64,000 bases of DNA from positions 3,598 to 67,597 of the forward strand of contig JANYAV010000022.1 of NCBI GenBank assembly GCA_025361145.1, written 5' to 3'. The notes under the pieces were generated by a model. That model was not told the origin of the DNA, searched no databases, and was given only the letters and a program-made list of their open reading frames with translations. Of this stretch, positions 32,745 to 42,940 are shown piece by piece. This DNA comes from Dehalococcoidia bacterium. GTDB lineage: Bacteria > Chloroflexota > Dehalococcoidia > Dehalococcoidales > UBA3254. A program made the position numbers and the translations under genes. Within the stretch, counting starts at the first letter, position 1; the number at the start of each line of letters is the position of its first letter.

Positions 32745-34064
32745 ATGGCAGAAATTCGCCCCTTTAGGGGTCTACGTTATAACCAAAATATGATTAAGGA
32801 CATGGCTAAAGTGCTATGTCCACCTTATGATATAATTAGCCCCTCGCAGCAGGAAGAGCTTTATAATGCTAGCGAATATAATTTCGTACACGTTGAATAT
32901 AATAAAGAGTTGCCTCTAGACAACCCGCAGAATAACCGTTATACCCGTGCCCTGGCCTACCTGACCGGCTGGCTGGAAAAGGGAATTTTGGAGGCTGAAC
33001 CCGCTGCGGCTATCTATTTACATCTGCATCACTTCATTTGTCAGGGTAAAAGCTATCAGCGTCAGAATATTATGGCCGCCGTCAAGCTGGAGGAGTGGGA
33101 CACCAAAATTGTGCGTCCTCACGAAAACATTATACCCAAAGCTAAGAGTGACCGCATGAGCATGCTTCGTGCCTGTCGGGCCAACACCAGTCCGGTTCTG
33201 GTGATGTATGAGGACAAGAAAAAAAATATCATTAAAACAATCAAAGAACAAGAAAAGAAAGCTCCAGTGATAGATTTTGTGGATCCATGGGGGGAAAGGC
33301 ATCAGGTCTGGGCGGTTACAGATCCCACAGCGATAAAAACCATACAGGAGGAGATTGCCAAACAACCTCTTTATATCGCTGATGGGCATCACCGCTACGA
33401 CAGCGCTCTGACTTATAAACGAGAGCGAGCGGCACAGACCGTGGGTTATAGCGGGGAAGAGGGTTTCAACTTTGTGATGACCACCCTGATCGACTTCAAT
33501 GATCCAGGTTTGGTAATTTTGCCGACTCACCGACTGGTGAGGGGCGTTTCAAAGACGGTGATGGCGGGATTATCGTCTCAACTGGCCGCTTTTTTTGATA
33601 TTGAGAGAATCGCGCTGGATGATGCTGCTGTCTGGCAGAAAGTGGATGGCCGTCTGAAAAGTATGGCTCCGGAGACGGGGAACACTGCTCTGGCGGTTTA
33701 CGGTTTAGATAAAAATAATATCATGATTTTGACGGTGAAAGACCAGAAAACAGCGGATAAAATGATGCCGGATCTTCATGGAGAATTATACCGCAAGCTG
33801 GATGTCAGCCTGGTAGACCATGTTATCCTGGAGAATCTGGTTGGCTATAACAAAGATAAAGAAGATATTGTCCTGGCTTACGATCACGACCGGCAGGCTG
33901 CGATCAAGCGGGTACAGGATGGAGAATTTCAGATGGCATTTATTCTGAATCCGGTAGCGCCTCAAATCATACGCGGTATTGCCGATGCCAGCGATCGCAT
34001 GCCACGCAAGTCCACCTATTTTTACCCTAAGTCACCAGCAGGGCTAGTGGTTTATAAGTGGTAA
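32745..34064 (+). CDS. DUF1015 family protein
   Basis: Motifs IRPFRGLRY, PPYDIIS, RPHENI...SDR and IADGHHRYDSAL. ATG at 32745 with AGGTGG upstream. Confidence 0.8.
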   Translation: MAEIRPFRGLRYNQNMIKDMAKVLCPPYDIISPSQQEELYNASEYNFVHVEYNKELPLDNPQNNRYTRALAYLTGWLEKGILEAEPAAAIYLHLHHFICQGKSYQRQNIMAAVKLEEWDTKIVRPHENIIPKAKSDRMSMLRACRANTSPVLVMYEDKKKNIIKTIKEQEKKAPVIDFVDPWGERHQVWAVTDPTAIKTIQEEIAKQPLYIADGHHRYDSALTYKRERAAQTVGYSGEEGFNFVMTTLIDFNDPGLVILPTHRLVRGVSKTVMAGLSSQLAAFFDIERIALDDAAVWQKVDGRLKSMAPETGNTALAVYGLDKNNIMILTVKDQKTADKMMPDLHGELYRKLDVSLVDHVILENLVGYNKDKEDIVLAYDHDRQAAIKRVQDGEFQMAFILNPVAPQIIRGIADASDRMPRKSTYFYPKSPAGLVVYKW

Positions 34065-34091
34065 AATAATAGAATAATCAAAAGTATTATG

Positions 34092-34129
34092 AAAAGCCAG
34101 CTTTAAAAAAGTTGGCTTTTTGTTGTTTT
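34092..34129 (+). terminator. terminator after the DUF1015 gene
   Basis: AAAAGCCAGC-loop-GTTGGCTTTT followed by TGTTGTTTT. Confidence 0.65.
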
Positions 34130-34199
34130 AAGCCGTTGCATCTACAATGGCGCGGAGCAAAGGTTGAGGCGCGCTCTGCCCCGAAAGGACTTAATACTT

Positions 34200-34708
34200 T
34201 TAAACGAACTCTTTTCTGGCCTGATGAGTGATTCTTTTAATGAATTTCGTTTTACCCTGGGTATAGGCTTTTCTATCATGTTCGAATTGTTCTTGCAATC
34301 GAATTTACAAATTAGTGTATTATTCTGCAATATCGGGGTGCAGTAGCAGGTAATCTCGAAAATATAACTCGTTCCAATCACCGCCATAACGGACGTGGAT
34401 ATGATAAGCCTGACCTTCAAATCCATTTCGAGTGTAACCCTTCATAAACATCATATGCGGCGCAGGGTTTTCAGGTTGTGGGGTATAAAGATAGCCTATT
34501 CTTTTCAGGGCTAAAATCACTTTTTCTTTGTCTGCGTGTTCCTGTATTTCCAGCAGAATAGCAATTGTGGGTTTAGCAGATAGTTTTGGACAAACGTGCT
34601 CCCATAATGATTGATCCTCACAATGACTTCGGATCCGATAGCCTGCGTTATAGCCGATTTTTCAGATAAATACAGCTCTTTCCATTGCGGATTGTGTTTA
34701 CAGATCAT
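34200..34708 (-). pseudogene. GrpB family protein, disrupted (one frameshift, two in-frame TAA codons)
   Basis: Three ORF fragments reassemble into a roughly 168-aa GrpB-like sequence. There is a frame change near 34590 (..HYGSTFV / CPKLSAKPTIAILLEI..). In-frame TAA codons lie at 34320-34322 and 34305-34307, within ..LLHPDIAE*YTNL*IRLQEQFEHDRKAYTQGKTKFIKRI.. Confidence 0.75.
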
Positions 34709-35014
34709 GATAGGAAAAGTTGCCCTAACTCTTTAAGACTCAATCGCTCTAAATTAGCAGCTATAAAGCTTCCATTTTATTCATATTGATTATTATTGTT
34801 GAACATAAGTCTACAGTTTTCAAGAGGCAGCATAGTATTGTATTTTATAAGTTTATTAACGCGTATTTTTTTCGTTTTTACGCGCCTGCAATTTGACGCT
34901 TTTTGGGGGTTATGATAACATAAAATCACTTAATCCGGTCCGCCTCCGGCGGACGGTTGAACGTGTTCATTTGAGGGTGTGTATTCTGGCTGTGCCAGCT
35001 CGGAGTGGAATAAA

Positions 35015-35944
35015 ATGCAGTTAGAGCAAGAACTAGCTGGATTCACGTCGGGCCGCGAAAGCATGGTAGCGATCGGGGTTTTTGACGGGGTTCATCTAGG
35101 ACATAAATATTTAATATCGCGTCTGAAAGAGCTTGCTGGCCAGCAAGGACGGTCCAGCGTGGTCATCACCTTTGATAAGCACCCTCACGAAGTCCTCAAA
35201 CCCAATAGCCAGCCTCTTTTTTTAACAGATGCCTCTGAAAAGGCCGAGCTATTATCAAAAGAAGGGGTAGATGCGGTTATCGTTCTTAACTTTACCCTCG
35301 AGCTTTCCCGTTTAAGCGCCCGCGATTTTGTGAATATCTTGCTTGCAAAACTTAAGATGCGCGGCCTGGTCATGGGGCCGGATTTTGCTTTGGGAAAACG
35401 GGGGGAGGGCAGTATTCCAGCTTTACGCCAGATAGGCGAAGAATTGGGTTTTAGCGTGACCGCAATCCCCGCTGTGCACATAGGCAGCGATATTGTCAGC
35501 AGCACGGCCATCCGAGGGGCCATGGCAAGCGGTGACATGGAAAAGGTGCAGAGCATGATGGGTAGGCCTTTTAGCCTGCACGGACAGGTCATTCACGGTC
35601 ACGGCCGTGGTACCGGTCTGGGTTTTCCCACCATCAACCTGAATGTTTCAAAGGGCAAGTCTCTTCCCAGTGACGGGGTATATGCAACGCTGGCACATAC
35701 TAATAATCTCGATTATCTCTCAGTAACCAACATCGGTACTGATCCTACTTTTGGTGGCACGGAGCGTACGATCGAATCATTTATTCTGGATTACCAGGCC
35801 GATCTTTACGGTCGTGAGGTCAAGATTGATTTTAAGCATAAGCTGCGCGATGAAATCAAATTCAGGAGCGCTGTTGAACTAACCCAGCAGATCGAATTGG
35901 ACATCCGAGAAACCCGCAAATATTTTACAAATCATAACCAATGA
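35015..35944 (+). CDS. ribF: bifunctional riboflavin kinase / FMN adenylyltransferase
   Basis: GVFDGVHLGH nucleotidyltransferase motif and a C-terminal riboflavin kinase domain (GFPTINL...). I prefer the ATG at 35015. Confidence 0.9.
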   Translation: MQLEQELAGFTSGRESMVAIGVFDGVHLGHKYLISRLKELAGQQGRSSVVITFDKHPHEVLKPNSQPLFLTDASEKAELLSKEGVDAVIVLNFTLELSRLSARDFVNILLAKLKMRGLVMGPDFALGKRGEGSIPALRQIGEELGFSVTAIPAVHIGSDIVSSTAIRGAMASGDMEKVQSMMGRPFSLHGQVIHGHGRGTGLGFPTINLNVSKGKSLPSDGVYATLAHTNNLDYLSVTNIGTDPTFGGTERTIESFILDYQADLYGREVKIDFKHKLRDEIKFRSAVELTQQIELDIRETRKYFTNHNQ

Positions 35945-36006
35945 TAATATTGATAATATAAAAACAATCAAAGACAAATAAGAGAGTAATAAGGAAGGAG
36001 CAAAAC

Positions 36007-37581
36007 ATGAAAGTACTAGTAGCCGATTCGTTATCGAAGGAAGGCATAGACATCATGAAGGCGGTGGCCGAGGTTGATGTCAAGACCGGGTTGAAGGAAG
36101 CCGAAATAGTGGCCATCATAGGAAATTACGAAGCCCTAGTTGTACGGTCGCAAACCCAAGTCACCGCTCCTATTATAGAAGCCGGCAAAAAACTGATTAT
36201 TATTGGCCGTGCCGGAGTAGGTGTGGATAATATCGATCTGGAGGCGGCCACTAAACGCGGTATTCTAGTGGTCAACGCCCCTACCGGCAATACTATCTCT
36301 GCCGCTGAGCATGCCATCGCTTTAATGCTAGCTATGGCCCGTCATATTCCCAACGCTAATTTCGCTCTCAAAGCCTGCAAATGGGAGAGAAGTAAATTTA
36401 CCGGCACTGAGCTCAGGGGCAAAACCCTGGGGATCATAGGATTAGGCAATGTCGGTTCGGCTGTTGCCCGCCGGGCTCGCGCTTTCGAGATGAAACTAAT
36501 TGGTTATGATCCTTTCGTTTCCCAGGATCACGCTAAGAATTTACAGATAGAGATTGTATCACTGGAAAGGATTTATAAAGAGGCTGATTTTATTACTCTG
36601 CATGTCCCTCTTACTCCCCAATCCAAGGACATGATTGGTGAAAAAGAATTAGCCATGATGAAACCCACCTGCCGTCTGATCAACACAGCTCGCGGCGGAT
36701 TGATTAACGAGGAAGCCCTGGCTGCCGCTCTGACAGGCAAGAAGATCACCGGAGCTGCCATTGACGTCTTCCCACAGGAGCCCTGTACTTCCAGCTTGCT
36801 CTTTGGCTTGGAGAATGCCATAGTGACCCCTCATCTGGGTGCCTCCACTGCTGAAGCTCAGGTCATGGCAGCCAGCGATGTAGCTGAGCAGATTGTGGAT
36901 GTTTTTAAAGGCTTTCCACCCAAATACGCGGTCAATGCCCCCTTCATTCCACCTGAAATGATGTCTGTGCTGAATCCCTTTATGCAGGTTGCCACCAAGA
37001 TTGGTAAATTAGTCAGCCAACTGGCGGAAGGCCAGATGAATAAGTTGGTCATAAAATACCAGGGTGAAATTACCAAATATGATACCAACGCTATCAAAGC
37101 TTCCGTTTTAGGTGGACTACTGGGAGATATCAGCGAGCAGAAGGTCAATATGGTGAATGCCAATCTGATCGCCAGCAACCGCGGCCTGAATGTAAGCGAA
37201 CAAAAAGAAAACACCTGCGAGAATTATGCTAGTTTGATCACAGTCTCCGCTACCACCTCCTCCGGTACGGTAGAAGTGGCCGGGACTGTTCTGCGTAATG
37301 AGTCTCATATCGTACGCGTCAACAGTTACTGGATCGACTTTGTACCCACCACCGGACCATTCCTGTTTGTCGATCACAAAGATCGTCCGGGTTTGATCGG
37401 CGCGGTCGGTAATATCACCGGCGAGGCAGATGTAAACATCAGTGCTATGTACGTCGGCCGTCTGAAAGCCCGCGGCCAGGCTTTGATGATCCTGGACCTG
37501 GACGAGGCTCTTCCTGAATCTGCTAAAAAGAAGCTTGCCGCTATTTCGGATGTCTTCACTGCCAAAGCTATCACTTTCTAA
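36007..37581 (+). CDS. serA: D-3-phosphoglycerate dehydrogenase (long form with ASB and ACT domains)
   Basis: [15 protein letters not shown] fold, a 2-hydroxyacid dehydrogenase core, 524 aa and an ACT-like C-terminus. Confidence 0.9.
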   Translation: MKVLVADSLSKEGIDIMKAVAEVDVKTGLKEAEIVAIIGNYEALVVRSQTQVTAPIIEAGKKLIIIGRAGVGVDNIDLEAATKRGILVVNAPTGNTISAAEHAIALMLAMARHIPNANFALKACKWERSKFTGTELRGKTLGIIGLGNVGSAVARRARAFEMKLIGYDPFVSQDHAKNLQIEIVSLERIYKEADFITLHVPLTPQSKDMIGEKELAMMKPTCRLINTARGGLINEEALAAALTGKKITGAAIDVFPQEPCTSSLLFGLENAIVTPHLGASTAEAQVMAASDVAEQIVDVFKGFPPKYAVNAPFIPPEMMSVLNPFMQVATKIGKLVSQLAEGQMNKLVIKYQGEITKYDTNAIKASVLGGLLGDISEQKVNMVNANLIASNRGLNVSEQKENTCENYASLITVSATTSSGTVEVAGTVLRNESHIVRVNSYWIDFVPTTGPFLFVDHKDRPGLIGAVGNITGEADVNISAMYVGRLKARGQALMILDLDEALPESAKKKLAAISDVFTAKAITF

Positions 37582-37601
37582 CAGGATTTGTACCCATAAA
37601 G

Positions 37602-37640
37602 AAAGAGGTGAGCGTATTAGCGCTCACCTCTTTTGTTTTT
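37602..37640. terminator. bidirectional terminator between serA and the DRTGG gene
   Basis: GAGGTGAGCG-tattag-CGCTCACCTC flanked by A-rich and T-rich tracts. Confidence 0.8.
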
Positions 37641-37654
37641 GCCTAATCCGGTGT

Positions 37655-38689
37655 TTAAGCAATAATCGATTTGATATCTACATTCTGCTCTATTAGTTTC
37701 TTGAGTGTGGCTATGCGCTCGGTATCGTCCTTAGTCAGCAGCGGGACCATATCGTCGATCTGCTTGGCGGTCTGGAAGGTATCGAAAGGGACTGCCAGCA
37801 CAGGGATATTTATCTCAGTAGCTTTGGAGAGCAGGTTTTGAGAGGGTACCATATTATTAGTTAGAATAATGCCAGCGGTACCTGGTTCCAGAGCGGCAGC
37901 AATCATGTCGGCGCGATCGCCGCCAGTGATCAATAATTTATTGGTTCTATTAAAGCCTGGTCTATTATTAGCCATATCTGCCGAAACGGCTCCAACGAAG
38001 ACATGTTTTATTAACTTGTTCAGTCCACCATCCCCTGCGATAATACGGGCCTGAATCTTATCGGCAATAAAATTCATTGAAACCTGGGTCAGGCTCTGTT
38101 CGTAGGGAACCACACCCAGCACTTTGAGTCCCATCTCTTTTATGTCGGGTAAATAATTGTTCTTGTAGTCTTCCAAATTGCTAACTTTATTGATCACGAT
38201 ACTATAATCAATCCCGGTCATAGCTACATATTTCTTGATAAAAGCGGCATCATCCATGATTTTACCTTCATCGCCGCTGATCACCAGAATCAACTTACCG
38301 CCCAGATATTTGACGAGAGAGAGGGTATCCAGCCGGACCGAGGCACCGAAAGTCAGATCCTTGCCGCTTTCAATAAAGAGGGGTGTCCTGGCATTACCCA
38401 GTTTATTGACCATCTCGGTCAATTTAGCTTTAGTACCAGCCTCATCATACATATAGCGTAGCTTGGAATGCTCAAACCCGATGGTCATCTCATCAGAACT
38501 TTGTTCAAGCCCGAAAATGCTGGTGATCAAGGCCGAATCGTAGTCCCATAAACGCTTTTTGCGATAGATCAATCTGTCACCAAACGGCTTAAGGTAACAG
38601 AATTTCTGGTTTATAACCTTATTCAGACCGACGATGAAACTGGTTTTTCCGGCATTTTCGCTGACCGAACCGATAACAACTGTTTTCAT
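37655..38689 (-). CDS. BioD-like P-loop plus DRTGG domain protein (stand-alone equivalent of the N-terminal half of long Pta)
   Basis: N-terminal GSVSENAGKTS P-loop and LLITGGDRADM (DRTGG motif). There is no PTA catalytic domain. Confidence 0.7.
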   Translation of the reverse strand: MKTVVIGSVSENAGKTSFIVGLNKVINQKFCYLKPFGDRLIYRKKRLWDYDSALITSIFGLEQSSDEMTIGFEHSKLRYMYDEAGTKAKLTEMVNKLGNARTPLFIESGKDLTFGASVRLDTLSLVKYLGGKLILVISGDEGKIMDDAAFIKKYVAMTGIDYSIVINKVSNLEDYKNNYLPDIKEMGLKVLGVVPYEQSLTQVSMNFIADKIQARIIAGDGGLNKLIKHVFVGAVSADMANNRPGFNRTNKLLITGGDRADMIAAALEPGTAGIILTNNMVPSQNLLSKATEINIPVLAVPFDTFQTAKQIDDMVPLLTKDDTERIATLKKLIEQNVDIKSIIA

Positions 38690-40812
38690 TATATGGCCTC
38701 CTGAGGCTTCGAAAGTAAAATTCTGACATCCACGGCTCTAGCGCCTTCACCCTGGCTGTAAACCACCAGGGGGTTCACTTCGATATCAGTTATGTCTTTA
38801 CATTTAAGCAATACAGTGCCGACTCTCATTATAACATCTACCACTTTGTCGATATCCTTCCTCTTTTCACCGCGGACCCCCAGCAAGAGCGGATAGGATC
38901 TGATCTGGCTGATCATTTTGAGCACTTCCTGCCTGCCAAGGGGGAAGGTACGGAAGGCGATATCTTTCATAACCTCAACATAGATACCACCCAGACCGAA
39001 CATCACTATTGGGCCGAAAGAGAGGTCACGTCGGGCGCCGATGATCGTTTCAACATCATCTCTGACCATCTCGTCAACCTGGACGCCTTCAATCTTGGCA
39101 TCAGCTTTATAGGCACGAGCATTGTGCATGATGGCTTCATAGGCGTCCATGACCTCTTTGCGGTTGCCCAGATCCAGAGCTACACCACCGGCATCACTTT
39201 TATGGATGATGTCTTTGGAGACGATCTTCATCACTACCGGATAACCAATTTCCTCAGCGTAAGCGATGGCTTCATCCAGTTTGTGGGCAATCCGGCTCTT
39301 GGGCATGGGCAATCCGGCAATTTGCATCATAGCCTGGGCCTCTGCCGCCAGCAGGAAAGTCCGATCATCTGCCCGCACTTTGCGGATGATCTCGTTCATT
39401 TTATCGCCGTCCATGTCGATAGTTTGAATGGGATCAGGGGGCTGGTGAAGGGTGCGATAGTTAGAATAAACCGCTCCCAGCAGGGAAATAGACTCATAAA
39501 CATCCTGGAAAGCGGGGACATCATGTTTCTGGAATTCTCGAACGTAATGATCGATCTTAGATCCGCCGAAGAGTGAATAGACCAGCGGTTTTGACTTGGA
39601 ATAGCCAACACCTTGTTTCTGGACTACCTGACTAAATACGTCAGGATCGAAAACAGCGGTTTCGCAACCCAGACAGATTACAGAATGTATTTCCGGATTG
39701 TTTAAGGCAGCGGTTAAAGCACTGTCATAATAGCTGACCGGAGCCTGGCCGGAAAGGTCAATCGGGTTTTTAGATGAACCGAAAGATGGGATTACATTGG
39801 AAAATGTTTTATTTAAAACGGTCTGATTATCATACAAATTGACGTTAAATTTTTCACAGGCGTCGGCAGCCAGTACGCCGATGCCACCACCGTTGGTAAT
39901 AATAACGGTGTTTTCACCTTTAGGAACCGGGATGTTAGCCAGATAACGTACCCAGGTCAGCGCGTCAGTGATGGTTTCTGCCCGAAGCACGCCGCACTGT
40001 TTAATGATATCATCGAAGACTTTATCTTCACCGGCTAGAGAACTGGTATGCGAAGCGGCTGCCATAGCTCCGCGAGCTGACCTGCCGGACTTAAGGATCA
40101 CGATAGGTTTTTTGAGGACAGCTTTTTTAAGGATGCTGACGAGGCGTTCACCTTCGCTAATGCCTTCCACATACATCAGGATAATTTTGGTCTGTTCTTG
40201 CTCCACCAGATATTCGAGAAGGTCGGACTCATCGAGGTCCGATTTATTACCCACTGAAATGATAGCTGAAAGGCCGATATTCTCAGTGACAGTCTTGCCC
40301 ATCATGCCGACACCGATGGCGCCACTCTGAGTGATCACAGCCACACCACCAGGGCGGACGTTGGAAGGACCGAAAGTAGCGTTCATGCAGCTTACCGCAG
40401 AGTAAACGCCGAAGATATTGGGGCCAAGCACGCGCATACCGTGCTCTCGGGCAAAGGCCACAATTTTCTTTTCTTCACTAGAATTTCCCACCTCGGAGAA
40501 ACCAGAGGCAATAATGACGGCAAATTTGACACCTTTAGCCGCGCAGCTTTTAACAGAATCGAAGACATATTTGGCGGGAATTATTATGCAGGCGATATCT
40601 ACTTCACCGTCAATTTCCTCGACGTTTTTATAAACCTTATAGCCCAAGATTTCCCCACCCTCAGGATTGACTGGGTAAAGTTTGCCCTTATAACCTGAAG
40701 CGTGAATATTTTCCACGAATTTGTGGCCAATTTTGCTTTTATCGCGGGATGCGCCGATAATGGCGACGCCCCTTGGTTCGAAAAGGTATTTTATATCGGG
40801 GTTTTTATACAT
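38689..40812 (-). CDS. ADP-forming acetyl/acyl-CoA synthetase, fused alpha-beta form
   Basis: CoA-binding N-terminus (PRGVAIIGAS), a succinyl-CoA-ligase-like middle section and an ATP-grasp C-terminal half. Either the ATG at 40812 or the GTG at 40827 is possible as the start. Confidence 0.8.
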   Translation of the reverse strand: MYKNPDIKYLFEPRGVAIIGASRDKSKIGHKFVENIHASGYKGKLYPVNPEGGEILGYKVYKNVEEIDGEVDIACIIIPAKYVFDSVKSCAAKGVKFAVIIASGFSEVGNSSEEKKIVAFAREHGMRVLGPNIFGVYSAVSCMNATFGPSNVRPGGVAVITQSGAIGVGMMGKTVTENIGLSAIISVGNKSDLDESDLLEYLVEQEQTKIILMYVEGISEGERLVSILKKAVLKKPIVILKSGRSARGAMAAASHTSSLAGEDKVFDDIIKQCGVLRAETITDALTWVRYLANIPVPKGENTVIITNGGGIGVLAADACEKFNVNLYDNQTVLNKTFSNVIPSFGSSKNPIDLSGQAPVSYYDSALTAALNNPEIHSVICLGCETAVFDPDVFSQVVQKQGVGYSKSKPLVYSLFGGSKIDHYVREFQKHDVPAFQDVYESISLLGAVYSNYRTLHQPPDPIQTIDMDGDKMNEIIRKVRADDRTFLLAAEAQAMMQIAGLPMPKSRIAHKLDEAIAYAEEIGYPVVMKIVSKDIIHKSDAGGVALDLGNRKEVMDAYEAIMHNARAYKADAKIEGVQVDEMVRDDVETIIGARRDLSFGPIVMFGLGGIYVEVMKDIAFRTFPLGRQEVLKMISQIRSYPLLLGVRGEKRKDIDKVVDVIMRVGTVLLKCKDITDIEVNPLVVYSQGEGARAVDVRILLSKPQEAI

Positions 40813-42715
40813 TACCTGTTGCCTCACTAAAAGCCATCTTTAACTCATAGACCTGTTCTTCGGTACGCCTGTCCATCAGGAAACCCATTTGTTCGAAGAG
40901 ATGAATCATTGGACGATTTTCTACCAATACTTCGGCAGTAAAACCCAACAAACCCTGCTTCCTGGCCAAATAAGTCAGGTAGTTAAGCAGTTCTTTACCG
41001 ATGCCCCTATTCTGATAATCGTCTCTCACCACAAAAGATACTTCAGCGGAATGGGTATTGGGATCCAGGTTGTATTGTCCCATGCCCACTGCTATCTCTT
41101 TGTCATCCTGGGTGACTGTGGCGACGAGACCAACTTCCTTAGTATAATCAATTATAACAAATTCTTGTAACCTTTCATGGGGCATGTCTTTGCGCCGAGA
41201 AATAAATCGGCGATAAAGGCTATTATCTGAGAGCCCGTAAAATAGATCCTTGAGCAAGGGTTCATCGCTGATTTTAATCGGGCGGATGAAAATTTCCAAT
41301 CCGGTTTTAATCGTTCGGTAGATTTCAAGTTCTTTGGGATATTCACCGGCTTTACCGGAAACAAAAGCCTGGTCTTTATAAATCAAATTCTGGGCTTTGG
41401 CTTCCTGGATTAATTCCTTTCTAAATTTGGGATGAGCGATAGAGATCAACTCCATAGCCCTTTCGCGGACATTTTTGCCGTGCAGATAGGCGATACCGAA
41501 TTCCGTAACAACATAATGGATGTCTCCCCGGTTCAGCGTAACTCCTGAACCTTCAGCCAGGAAGGGGACGATACGGGAGATTTCATCGTTGTTGGCGGTG
41601 GAAGGCATCACCAGGATGGAACGGCCACGGGGGGAAAGCACGGCACCTCGCATAAAACTGGGCTGTCCGCCCATACCGCTATAAAAGGTCTTGCCCAAAG
41701 ATTCAGCGGTAGACTGCCCCGTTAGGTCGATCTGTAAGGCGCTGTTGATAGCCACAAAAGACTCATACTGGGCGATGGTCAAGGGGTTATTGGTATAATC
41801 CACGGTCTTAAAAGCAATCGCTGGATTATCATGTACAAAATTATAAGTTTCGGTTTTACCCATACAAAAAGCCGCAACGGCCTTGCCGCGGTCTACGTTT
41901 TTCAGGGTATTATCGACTACTCCCAATCTCATTAATTCAACGATTCCGTCGCTGATCAATTCGGTATGTACACCCAGATGTTTCTTTCCAGCCAGATTGA
42001 TCAGGATGGCGTCTGGAACGCTGCCATAGCCGACCTGGATGGTATCACCATCTTGTATCAGGCGGGCCACGTAGTTGCCGATGGCCTGGGTGACTTCAAT
42101 ATGAGTGTCTTCTGGAAATTTGTATTCCAGGATGGGTTCGTCGTGATGAACGATGAAATTGACCTTACTAATATGAATGAAACCATCTCCATGTGTACGC
42201 GGCATGGAACGATTAATTTGAGCTACAACGATATGCGCGTTCTCTACAGCCGCCTTAACGATATCGACACTGATACCGAGGCTCACGAAACCGTGTTCGT
42301 CAGGAGGTGAGACCTGGATTAAAGCTACATCAATAGGGATGACTTTTTTAGCAAAGAGAGCAGGCACTTCGGAGAGAAAGACAGGCGTATAATCCGCAAG
42401 GCCGCTGTTTACTGCTGCGCGGGTGCTGTTACCAATAAAAAAAGAGTTGTGCCTGAAATTGTATTTAAAACGTTCTTCAGCGTAGGGAGCCAGACCTAGT
42501 GACCAGATGTGTATAACTTCAGCGTCGAAGAAGGCTTTGGGGTAAGACTCTGTATATTTAATCAGGGCATTTACCAGATATTGAGGTTCGCTGCAGGCGG
42601 AAGATATAAAAATACGGTCACCCCGGTGAATGTGATTAAAGATTTCATTCTCCGAGGCAAATTTAGCCGGGTATTCAGCCTTAACTTTTTCTAAGGGGTC
42701 AGAATTTATAACCAT
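40805..42715 (-). CDS. acetyl-CoA hydrolase/CoA-transferase family domain fused to C-terminal GNAT acetyltransferase
   Basis: About 440 aa are CoA-transferase-like. They are followed by a Pat-type GNAT (IRPIKISDEPLL..YRRF..QNRGIGKELL). Confidence 0.75.
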   Translation of the reverse strand: MVINSDPLEKVKAEYPAKFASENEIFNHIHRGDRIFISSACSEPQYLVNALIKYTESYPKAFFDAEVIHIWSLGLAPYAEERFKYNFRHNSFFIGNSTRAAVNSGLADYTPVFLSEVPALFAKKVIPIDVALIQVSPPDEHGFVSLGISVDIVKAAVENAHIVVAQINRSMPRTHGDGFIHISKVNFIVHHDEPILEYKFPEDTHIEVTQAIGNYVARLIQDGDTIQVGYGSVPDAILINLAGKKHLGVHTELISDGIVELMRLGVVDNTLKNVDRGKAVAAFCMGKTETYNFVHDNPAIAFKTVDYTNNPLTIAQYESFVAINSALQIDLTGQSTAESLGKTFYSGMGGQPSFMRGAVLSPRGRSILVMPSTANNDEISRIVPFLAEGSGVTLNRGDIHYVVTEFGIAYLHGKNVRERAMELISIAHPKFRKELIQEAKAQNLIYKDQAFVSGKAGEYPKELEIYRTIKTGLEIFIRPIKISDEPLLKDLFYGLSDNSLYRRFISRRKDMPHERLQEFVIIDYTKEVGLVATVTQDDKEIAVGMGQYNLDPNTHSAEVSFVVRDDYQNRGIGKELLNYLTYLARKQGLLGFTAEVLVENRPMIHLFEQMGFLMDRRTEEQVYELKMAFSEATGNV

Positions 42716-42940
42716 ATTAATACCTCATCATGTGAGCACTGGTTTTATTCTACATCAAGAAATCATAAAAGTGAAAAATCACACGCATTGGATAGGTCTA
42801 TAAAATATGACTATGCGAGTATCATAAACACAACACAAATTAAAATATTAAATAAAAAATAATAAAAAGTTTAACAGCTAAAAGCACAAATAGATGGAGA
42901 TAGACCATTATTAGAAAGCGAAGGCACAGCAGACTGCTTT

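Noticed and set aside
34709-35014. FMN riboswitch upstream of ribF.
   Set aside because: No RFN-element core (the GGGCGGGG...CCCACCGGCGG-type segments) is present. Only a small GTCCGCC-TCC-GGCGGAC hairpin and promoter-like hexamers are there.
35940-35962. Tandem 9-mer TGATAATAT TGATAATAT at the ribF stop.
   Set aside because: There are only two copies in AT-rich DNA. It creates stacked stop codons but shows no further structure, so it is treated as an incidental duplication.
42716-42940. A-rich spacer between recR and the acetyl-CoA operon as a possible ncRNA.
   Set aside because: It is consistent with an ordinary promoter region on the minus strand (TTTCAC-N18-TAGAAT, then GAGGT SD). No stable hairpins or conserved RNA motifs were recognised.
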